From assembly GCF_006345805.1 (NCBI RefSeq), contig NW_021828717.1, positions 1 to 7,611 of the forward strand: a DNA stretch of 7,611 nt. Reading direction: 5' to 3'. The first letter of the stretch is position 1; every line of letters begins with the position of its first letter. This stretch comes from Octopus sinensis (taxonomy: Eukaryota). The notes under the pieces are model-generated. The model saw only the letters and a program-made list of their open reading frames with translations. It was not told the origin of the DNA and ran no database searches. Positions 1-7,333 of the stretch are shown here, piece after piece. The position numbers and the translations under genes were made by a program.

Positions 1-25
1 GAATATCTGCAGAAAACGGACGCTC

Positions 26-98
26 AATAATAATAATAATAATAATAATAATTAATAATAATAATAATAATAACAATAATGATAATGATAATAATAAT

Positions 99-144
<46 letters not shown>

Positions 145-176
145 TTAATAGTCGAAGTAGTAGTAGTAATATAATA

Positions 177-210
<34 letters not shown>

Positions 211-538
211 CTGAATAATATAATAATAATAAGAAAAAAATAATAAGAAGAGAAGAAGAAGAAGAAGAAGAAAAGAAGAAATTAATGTGGAGGAGATGGA
301 CATTATGAATTAGAATAGTAATAATAATAATGGTAGTAGAAAAATAATAACATCAACGACAATATTAATAATAATGATGATGATAATAGTGATGATGATG
401 GTGATGATGATTTATGATAACAACAGCAATAATTATTATAATGATAAAAATCCTAGTAATGATGACAACAATAATAATAGCAATAATAATAATTATCATA
501 ACGATAGTGATAATAACAGTAATAATTTTAACGGCTTC

Positions 539-572
<34 letters not shown>

Positions 573-645
573 TAATAATAATAATAATAATAATGATGAT
601 GATGATGATGATGATAATAATAATAGTAATAATAATAATAATGAT
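26..645. repeat. Compound trinucleotide microsatellite: (AAT)n, (GAA)n at ~244-280, (GAT)n and (AAC) variants
   Basis: Directly visible. It explains the low-complexity ORFs 374-655, 496-819 and 537-740. Confidence 0.97.
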
Positions 646-1160
646 TTTAAAATAGAAGAAATTAGGACAGAATATAAAATATATAAAATATAAAAAAGAA
701 CAAAAAAAATTAAAATGGCGAATCTCCACTTTGTATCCACACAAACAACCGAACAGAATCAAATAGAAAGGCCACTCGGAAAAGACAGCAAACAAAAGAG
801 AGGAAAAGAGATTAATCAATAGTTAATGGAATAAAGCTGGACTGAGATTTCCGGTCTAAAATAGGAGCAATGAATAGAGACAGTCCGAAATATGACGATC
901 TATTCGCGGCCTTTGTTAACCCAGCGATTTACACGCAGCGAAGTATTTCAATAGTATGAGACCTATAAAATGTGCAAAGGGCCAGAAATGTTAATCCCGA
1001 TGTCATTATTTATTAAAAACAAAATTTGTATGTTTTATTTGTTTATTCCTTTTTGCATTTAGTCTACAACATTCTTGATGTGTTCCCTTGTTTTGTGACA
1101 GATTTTGTTGTTTCTCGGGAAGGTCGTTATACCAACAATCGAATTTTCTTTCTCTCTTAT

Positions 1161-1370
1161 TCTAGTGAAGACACAAAGCCTGAAATTTGGAGGGTGACGG
1201 CTAGTCGATGATATCGACCTCAGTGCCTGAGGGGAACTTTATTTTATCGATCACGAAAGGACGAAAAGCAAAGCTGAACTCGTTGGGATTTGAACTTAGA
1301 AGGTAAAGAGCCGGAAGAAATGCTGCTAAGCATTTTGTCCGACGCGCTGACGAGCTTATATGCTCAACGC
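1161..1370 (-). mobile_element. SINE family B, strongly diverged copy
   Basis: agtcgatgatatcgacctcagtgc...ttattttatcga...gaaaggacgaaaagcaaag...gatttgaactt...gctaagcatttt aligns with the other two copies. It shares the ctgaaa(a)tttgg tail with 1391-1605. Confidence 0.7.
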
Positions 1371-1390
1371 TTTTAATTATTTCAAAGATC

Positions 1391-1605
1391 TTTTCTGTTA
1401 TAGTTACCAGGTCTGAAAATTTGGCGGGAAGGAAGCAGCCGATGGCATCGGCCCCAGTACTCAACTGGTACTTATTTTATAGACTCAGAAAGGATGAAAG
1501 ATAAAGTCTACCTCGGCAGGAATTTGAACTCAAAAAGTAAAAAGCCAGAAGGAATGCTGGTAAGCATTTTACCAGATGCGCTAACGATTCTGCCAGCTCA
1601 CCACC
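1391..1605 (-). mobile_element. SINE family B, diverged copy with a different 3' tail
   Basis: ccccagtactcaactggtacttatttt...aaaggatgaaagataaagtctacctcggcaggaatttgaactca...ctaacgattctgccagctcacc aligns with 2150-2300. Confidence 0.8.
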
Positions 1606-2000
1606 TCGCAGTATACTAATACACATTATATTTCACTTCTTTTATTATTATTATTATTAGTCAAGTAGTTAACCATGTAACCAATTAAGTAAACGATTGT
1701 TTGATTAATCGTTCGATCAGTTAATTAATCACTCAATCAGCTAGTTTTGTCAAAATCCTTTCGTCGCAATTCGCGACCTCTTCAATAATATTCTCTCTCT
1801 ATTTCAGGTCTACTTCTGATATATATATTTTTCCAATGTTTAGAATCAATGTTTAAATCCTGATGTCATTCTTGTAACCGCTCTCTAAGTTTTGATTTAT
1901 TGTTGTTTAGTTTTTAGTCCGCGATTAGCTGATCTACGGTCAAAAATCATCCCAGGAGTGGCCCTTCCGTCGTTTTATCTATATCAAGAGTAGTGACACA

Positions 2001-2301
2001 ATACCTATTTCTTTACTACCCACAAGGGGCTAAACACAGAGCGGACAAACAATGACAGACAAACGGATTAAGTCGATTATATCGACCCCAGTGGGTAACG
2101 GTACCTATCTAATCGACCCCAAATGGATGAAAGGCAAAGTCGATTATATCGACCCCAGTGCGTAACTGGTATATATTTAATCGACCCCGAAATGATGAAA
2201 GGCAAAGTCGACCTCGGCGGAATTTGAACTCAGAACGTAGCGGCAGACGAAATACCGCTCAGCATTTCGCCCGGCGTTCTAACGATTCTGCCAGCTCGCC
2301 G
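2001..2301 (-). mobile_element. tRNA-derived SINE (family B), well preserved, with internal 67/68-bp tandem duplication
   Basis: Minus strand begins cggcgagcTGGCAGAATCGTTag (A-box-like), has B box GAGTTCAAATTCC, then a central GGTCGACTTTGCCTTTCATC...GGGGTCGAT domain. Possible 6-bp TSD ATACCT at 2001-2006 and 2302-2307. Confidence 0.85.
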
Positions 2302-2422
2302 ATACCTTAAGCTACACATGTCAACAATGGATTCCTATTAATCAGGACATTGAATAAGAGTTTCCCTGCCAATATCTTTTATGTAAAACTTAGCTAAAAG
2401 CATTTATTTAAAACTATAATAC

Positions 2423-2676
2423 ATATTACCAAAAAAACGTGAGGGATTTCTATGCAATGGAGGTGTAGGTGTTTTCAAGAAGCCCTTTAAACTTCTGCTG
2501 TCGAAGATCCCAGAAGATCCAACATCACGGGAAGAAAAACAAGTGAGAGCAACAATATCAACAGCCCTCTTTTCATCAAACGCCAACCGCTTGTGAATTG
2601 CCATTCAAAAGGTGGTGAAACTGGCGGTGCCTCAGCATGGCTTCAGCCTTGGGCTGAAAGATATAAAGGAAAAAAA
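2423..2676 (+). mobile_element. Decayed 3' end of a CR1-like non-LTR retrotransposon (ORF2 C-terminus plus 3' UTR)
   Basis: 2465-2572 translates VGVFKKPFKLLLSKIPEDPTSREEKQVRATISTALF, preceded through frameshifts by ILPK..VRD. This resembles the invertebrate CR1-group ORF2 ending LP..LR....FK..LD.FL..IPDEP.......RAA.SNSL. It is followed by a 3' hairpin TTCAGCC-TTG-GGCTGAA (2642-2658) and an A-rich end. Confidence 0.6.
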
Positions 2677-2844
2677 TATAGGAAATATGCATCTGAGATT
2701 ACAAAACAGGACCTTTTAAGAAAGAAAGGCTTTGACGTGTTGGGTCAAAATCGCTTTACTACCAGTGGATCTAAGACTATAATATTTAATGTATATATCT
2801 GGTGTGATTAGAGTAAGGTTCAGTGAGGATGTATACAGGCATAT

Positions 2845-3102
2845 TTATATGCATCGCAGTTATGTATGGATATACACACATTATGCAGGCACGTATACAT
2901 TCTAAAACATACATGTTTATGTATAAACACATACATGTGCCTGTATATGTAAATGTATATATATATATATATATATATTGTGATATATTTTCAAGTACGC
3001 TTGAACGTAGGTATGTATACGTAGATATATATATGTATATATATATATACATGTATCTATGTATGTATGTATGTATGTATGTATGTATGTATGTATGTAT
3101 AT
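2845..3102. repeat. Degenerate (TA)n/(CA)n region ending in (TATG)n
   Basis: Directly visible; pure (TATG)n at ~3059-3100. Confidence 0.93.
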
Positions 3103-3105
3103 ACG

Positions 3106-3286
3106 CTTTTATTCTTTTTTTTGTTTCAGCCATTAGAATGCAACCATGCTGGGGCACCACCTTCAAGAGTTTATTAGTCGAACAAATCGACCTCACTAGT
3201 TATTTTGAGGCATCGTACTTCTCCGATCCCTCTCTTTTACCGGTTGTCAGTCAGTGAAGGGAACACACAAAGACACAAAGACACAC
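3106..3286 (-). mobile_element. SINE family A, 3' half, diverged
   Basis: ttgtttcagccatt...ccatgctggggcaccacctt, tcgacc and cggttgtca are reverse-complement matches to 7350-7580. The segment ends in acacac(at)n. Confidence 0.75.
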
Positions 3287-3302
3287 ATATATATATATAT
3301 AT

Positions 3303-3596
3303 ATTCAATTTAGTATTAAATCAAATTTCACTGTATAAATATATAAAATATAAATTAGAGATAAAACCACTATTATGCAACTCAAACAGTGATATACATA
3401 AACCAATACATAAATAATCAATATATATATATATATAATTTTTTTAAAGTATATAACTTATAACTAGATCTCAAAAAAGTATAAAATGAATGATAAATAT
3501 ATAATATAATATTATATATTTACATATTAAATTATATATTTATCATTCATTTTATACTTTTTGAGATCTAGTTATAAGTTATATACTTGAAAAACA

Positions 3597-3644
<48 letters not shown>

Positions 3645-3759
3645 ATTATTTATGTATTGGTTTATGTCTATCACTGTTTGAGTTGTATATAGTGGTTTTA
3701 TCTCTAATTTATATTTTATATATTTATACTGTGAAATTTGATTTAATACTAAATTGAAT
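3303..3759. repeat. Long imperfect inverted repeat (fold-back), ~200-230-bp arms with a 25-bp spacer
   Basis: 3303-3505 (attcaatttagtattaaatcaaatttcac...gaatgataaatatataat) is the reverse complement of 3531-3759, with several substitutions, small indels and different internal (TA)n lengths. The right arm continues ~38 bp unpaired to ~3797 before (TA)n. Confidence 0.92.
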
Positions 3760-3795
3760 TTTTCCCTGTAAGTTTGGAGTTATACTCCCTGAAAT

Positions 3796-3796
<1 letters not shown>

Positions 3797-3830
<34 letters not shown>

Positions 3831-3862
3831 TAATATATATATATATATATATATATCTAATA

Positions 3863-3905
<43 letters not shown>

Positions 3906-3907
3906 TA

Positions 3908-3971
<64 letters not shown>
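3797..3971. repeat. (TA)n microsatellite, ~175 bp with interruptions
   Basis: Directly visible. Confidence 0.97.
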
Positions 3972-3974
<3 letters not shown>

Positions 3975-4109
3975 GGCATTATACATACATGCCAGAAGGC
4001 ATTATACATACATGCCAAACGCTAAGAGGGACAATTAGTCATTTCTACCAAAAATATTACTAATCCCACCGAATGCAATTTTTCAAAGTAAGACATTTAA
4101 AAAAATATA

Positions 4110-4155
4110 GACCTGTATCACAGTGATTTCATACTTACGTACTCATCAGCAGGCC
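4110..4155 (-). ncRNA. Type I hammerhead ribozyme, second copy on the opposite strand
   Basis: gacctgtatcacagtgatttcatacttacgtactcatcagcaggcc is the exact reverse complement of 4575-4620. Confidence 0.9.
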
Positions 4156-4232
4156 TGAATGTATTATAAATAAACATTCGGTGGGATTAGTAATATTTTT
4201 GGTAGAAATGACTAATTGTCCCTCTTAGCGTT

Positions 4233-4278
4233 TGGCATGTATGTATAATGCCTTCTGGCATGTATGTATAATGCCCTC
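4233..4278 (+). repeat. Two tandem 23-bp units TGGCATGTATGTATAATGCCYTC, each a GGCAT/ATGCC hairpin
   Basis: Units at 4233-4255 and 4256-4278. The pair recurs at 4715-4760 and inverted at 3972-4017 as part of the larger duplication. Confidence 0.9.
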
Positions 4279-4574
4279 TATATATAAATTAATATGTTCA
4301 ATAAGAAATAATTATTTTCGAAATTTTTTCTCTTATGAGGTTTTTACGCTATCTACCTGACAATTTCTTGTTAAGTTTTCCTTATTAAGTAGTTGTCCTT
4401 AATTGCTAAATTTTTATTCCGAAAAAACTTTTCTCTCCCGAAATGCAATGCGTAAAAGTTTGCCATTTATCCGGATGTAATATATGTAAACTCACCCATG
4501 TGCTTCGTTGATGTTGAGCAGTTAGCTGATCGGCTTAAGCGGGGCAGGGTCGTTGTTTATTTATAATACATTCA

Positions 4575-4620
4575 GGCCTGCTGATGAGTACGTAAGTATG
4601 AAATCACTGTGATACAGGTC
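4575..4620 (+). ncRNA. Type I hammerhead ribozyme with palindromic helix III (Penelope/retrozyme type)
   Basis: Reads GGCCUG-CUGAUGA-GUAC-GUAA-GUAU-GAAA-UCAC-U-GUGAU-A-CAGGUC. Helix I: GGCCUG (4575-4580) pairs with CAGGUC (4615-4620), one G-U. Core: CUGAUGA (4581-4587) and GAAA (4600-4603). Helix II: GUAC/GUAU closed by GNRA loop GUAA. Helix III: AUCAC/GUGAU. NUH triplet is AUA, with predicted cleavage after 4614. Confidence 0.9.
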
Positions 4621-4913
4621 TATATTTTTTTAAATGTCTTACTTTGAAAAATTGCATTCGGTGGGATTAGTAATATTTTTGGTAGAGAAATGACTAATTG
4701 TCCCTCTTAGCGTTTGGCATGTATGTATAATGCCTTCTGGCATGTATGTATAATGCCCTCTATATATAAATTAATATGTTCAATAAGAAATAATTATTTT
4801 CGAAATTTTTTCTCTTATGAGGTTTTTACGCTATCTACCTGACAATTTCTTGTTAAGTTTTCCTTATTAAGTAGTTGTCCTTAATTGCTATATATATATA
4901 TATATATATATAT

Positions 4914-5051
4914 ACGACAGGCTTCATTCAGTTTCTCTACGAAATCCACTCACAAGTCTAGAAGACACCTGCTCAAGGTGCCACGCAGTAGAGCTGTAAC
5001 CGAAACCATGTTGCTGAGAAGCAAGCTCTTACCACACAGCCACATCTGCAC
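4914..5051 (-). mobile_element. SINE family A, 5' half (tRNA-like head), diverged and internally deleted
   Basis: cttaccacacagccac, aaccatg, tagaagacac and aaatccactcacaag are reverse-complement matches to 7141-7296. The segment ends at (TA)n. Confidence 0.8.
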
Positions 5052-5119
5052 ATATATATATATGCGTGTGTGTGTGCATGTTTGTGTAAACATATGTATA
5101 TAAACGTATATACGTGTAC

Positions 5120-5158
<39 letters not shown>

Positions 5159-5222
5159 TGTGTGTCTGTCTGTCTGTTTGCATGTGTGTATAAGTATGTG
5201 AGAATATGTGTGAATATGCATG
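5052..5222. repeat. (TA)n/(TG)n/(TCTG)n compound microsatellite
   Basis: Directly visible. Confidence 0.93.
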
Positions 5223-5582
5223 TTCAAGGAAAAGTGGCAAAGAGGAATGGCATAAGTTTTCTATGAAAAACCAAAATACATCACAAATTTTAAATATATT
5301 CAAAATACCTTCTTCAGTTGTCAGCTAATGTTATCACAGTTTCAACAGCTACCGATATGATTGTCCATTTTTTTTTTCTGTTGCCAACACAACGGTGCAA
5401 GATTATAGTTGAGTAGAGAGGAAAATCAAACAAAATGCATATGCAAAGATTAACGGAAAAACTAGAAATCATAATAAACAGGAAAATATTTATAGAGTTC
5501 CGACGTGCGATATATTTCTTATAAGTTTTGCAAAAACGGATAAAATGCGAAACAAAATATAGTGGGATATATACGTAATATA

Positions 5583-5802
5583 TACGAGCGGGTGTTGAAA
5601 AGTTCCTGGCTTTGGGCAAAAGAAAATACATGAGGATCAGTTAATTGTGATTTTATTCAGCATACTCCTCACTCAGATTCACATATTTAATGCAGCTGCC
5701 CTTCGGTTTTCCTAAGCCCTGTAAAAGAACACGGAATGTTGGGCCTCCAACCAGGCCTTTCGTGACACCGTTAAAGCCAGGAACTTTTCAGCACCTATTG
5801 TA
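5583..5802 (-). mobile_element. Mariner-derived MITE, copy 1
   Basis: ~28-bp TIRs CGAGCGGGTGTTGAAAAGTTCCTGGCTTT / AAAGCCAGGAACTTTTCAGCACCTATTG, flanked by TA on both sides. Homologous along its length to 6233-6451. Confidence 0.85.
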
Positions 5803-5853
5803 TGTGTATGTATGTATGTATGTATGTATGTATGTATATATGTATGTATGTAG

Positions 5854-5906
<53 letters not shown>

Positions 5907-5930
5907 TATATAAATAATTTATATATATAT
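5803..5930. repeat. (TATG)n followed by (TA)n microsatellite
   Basis: Directly visible. Confidence 0.95.
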
Positions 5931-6200
5931 TCGTCTATATTCGCTGCTTCTTCCAAGGAATCTAATGCTTTTAGCTTAGTTTTTCCTCGGGGATGGCCAG
6001 ATGGAACAATCTCGAGTATAAGCAGCCGAAATTGCAAAGATAATCTGGAACTCGACTTAGCAAAGAAAACTCCGAATGACCCGTCCTTGTGTTTTCTTGT
6101 CCCTTTTTTGTATCACCTGCCTGGATGTTTTATTGTCCCCTTTTTTGTATCATCTACCTGTCTGGATGCTTTGCGTTCTTGTCCCATCTTTTTTTGTATT

Positions 6201-6202
<2 letters not shown>
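5931..6202. repeat. Unclassified ~270-bp insert between (TA)n tracts, with ~2.5 degenerate internal repeats
   Basis: Complex sequence bounded by (TA)n on both sides. TTGTCCC..TTTTTTGTAT starts at 6097, 6133 and 6179, the first two followed by ACCTGYCTGGATG. Confidence 0.5.
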
Positions 6203-6232
<30 letters not shown>

Positions 6233-6235
<3 letters not shown>

Positions 6236-6451
6236 GAGGGGTGCTGAAAAGTTCTTGATTTTGCTTTAAAAAAATTTATGAAGATCAGTTAATTATGATT
6301 TTATTCAGCATACTCCCCTTTCAGATTCACACATTTATTGCAACTGTCCTTTGGTTTTTCTAAGCCCTGTAAAAAAAACTCGGAATGTTGGGCCTCCAAC
6401 CAGGCCTTCGTGGCACCCTTAAAGCCAGGAACTTTTGAGCATCCCCTCGTA
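6233..6451 (-). mobile_element. Mariner-derived MITE, copy 2, retaining transposase C-terminal coding sequence
   Basis: TIRs CGAGGGGTGCTGAAAAGTTCTTG / CCAGGAACTTTTGAGCATCCCCTCG followed by TA (left side reads CA). The minus strand encodes KAWLEAQHSEFFLQGLEKPKDSCNKCVNLKGEYAE*, matching the mariner C-terminal pattern W...Q..EF...GI.KL..RW.KC....GEY.E. Confidence 0.88.
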
Positions 6452-6885
6452 TGTTGACTTTTGAAGAAACCTTTAAAACTAAAACATGAACGAACAAGTA
6501 ACGCAGAGCGGATATCTGTGATAAATCTTTCGACAAAGACAGAATGCATCCGACCATTTCAATGGTCTGACAAGTAAAAATCCAACAAGGGAAACAGGAA
6601 GTGCTACGAGAAGAGTGGTGGTGTCTTATGGGATGGAAGAGAAGGAAGAATGTGCAATAGCTAAATGGAAATAGGGAGAGAATTATCGATACCTGTGGAG
6701 ATAAACACAGAGAGAAAGAGACAGACGGACAGACAAGAGACACAGAATGAAAGGCGGAAAGATACAATGGTAAACAACATGTTACAGAAACGATAGAATA
6801 ACTCGGCAGACATTTCTTTCATGCCTTTCTTCTCTGTCAATAGACACTATACTGCTCCATATATGAGCTAAGACTTCTTGTAGCC

Positions 6886-7046
6886 CAATGGTTCTTTACT
6901 AGGGCCCATATGACCTTTGGGGGTTTATATAAGATTTTGTTGTTAAAGCAATAAATTGGTTATACTCGTACAATACACAAAATATTTTAACTATTTTTAA
7001 TACGGTTCCTAATAATATCAAATTACAAAAATACAGTAGGACTTTA
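6886..7046 (+). mobile_element. Possible left end of a degenerate hAT-type MITE
   Basis: caatggttctttactagggcccatatgacctttggggg resembles the hAT/Charlie terminal motif CAGTGGTTCTCAACC-GGG. No matching right TIR is in the window. Confidence 0.3.
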
Positions 7047-7049
7047 TTA

Positions 7050-7070
7050 ATATATATATATATATATATT

Positions 7071-7138
<68 letters not shown>
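7050..7138. repeat. (TA)n followed by perfect (GATA)n
   Basis: Directly visible; (GATA)17 at 7071-7138 abuts the SINE head. Confidence 0.97.
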
Positions 7139-7139
<1 letters not shown>

Positions 7140-7294
7140 GAGTGGCTGTGTAGTAAGTAGCTTCCTTACCAACCACATGGTTTCAGGTTCAGTCCCACTG
7201 CTTGGCACGTAGGGCAAGTGTCTTCTACTATATCCTCGGGCCAAGCAAAGCCTTGTGAGTGGATTTGATAGACGGAAACTGAAAGAAAACCCGT

Positions 7295-7333
<39 letters not shown>

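Larger units (their letters stand above)
3964..4890 (+). mobile_element. Non-autonomous hammerhead-containing retroelement (Penelope-like pseudo-LTR / non-LTR retrozyme): partial tandem of a 480-nt unit plus an inverted truncated copy
   Basis: 4175-4408 is directly repeated at 4655-4890 (period 480, one 2-nt indel). 3964-4176 is the reverse complement of ~4554-4768. One hammerhead per unit, no ORF, both ends run into (TA)n. Confidence 0.8.

Noticed and set aside
1-25. atatctgcagaa resembling cloning-vector polylinker, or a LINE 3' end before (AAT)n
   Set aside because: The match is short and imperfect, and too little sequence lies inside the window to decide.
374-819. ORFs rich in poly-N, poly-I, poly-M and poly-L
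   Set aside because: They are translations of (AAT)n/(GAT)n microsatellite with no coding signal.
1791-1810. Polypyrimidine tract plus TTTCAG resembling a splice acceptor
   Set aside because: No convincing downstream exon or donor was found. Such motifs are frequent by chance, and transcript data would be needed.
2786-3986. ORFs with YIYI, HTYI and MYVC runs (also 4885-5303, 5690-6269, 7047-7244)
   Set aside because: These are stop-free frames of (TA)n, (TATG)n, (TG)n and (GATA)n repeats or of SINE sequence.
4298-4333. FNKK*LFSK resembling a Penelope GIY-YIG C-terminal motif
   Set aside because: It is too short, interrupted by a stop codon, and expected by chance in AT-rich DNA.
3972-4760. 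23-bp hairpin repeats as a CRISPR array
   Set aside because: The units are directly adjacent without unique spacers, the context is eukaryotic, and no cas genes are present.
4175-4890. Direct repeats as LTRs of an LTR retrotransposon or TRIM
   Set aside because: There are no TG...CA termini, PBS, PPT or TSD. The inverted copy crosses the repeat boundary, indicating a permuted tandem unit.
5985-6090. Hammerhead-like fragments (ggggatggc...gccgaaa; cttagcaaagaaaactccgaatgacccgtc)
   Set aside because: There is no intact CUGANGA core and no convincing helices I and III. At best this is a decayed relic that cannot be supported.
6301-6549. 82-aa ORF as a functional gene
   Set aside because: Only the last ~35 codons are transposase-like. 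The rest reads through the TIR into flanking DNA, and there is no DDD catalytic domain.
7139-7200. tRNA gene (also 2219-2300 on the minus strand)
   Set aside because: A and B boxes are present, but no cloverleaf forms and the sequence continues into a SINE body.
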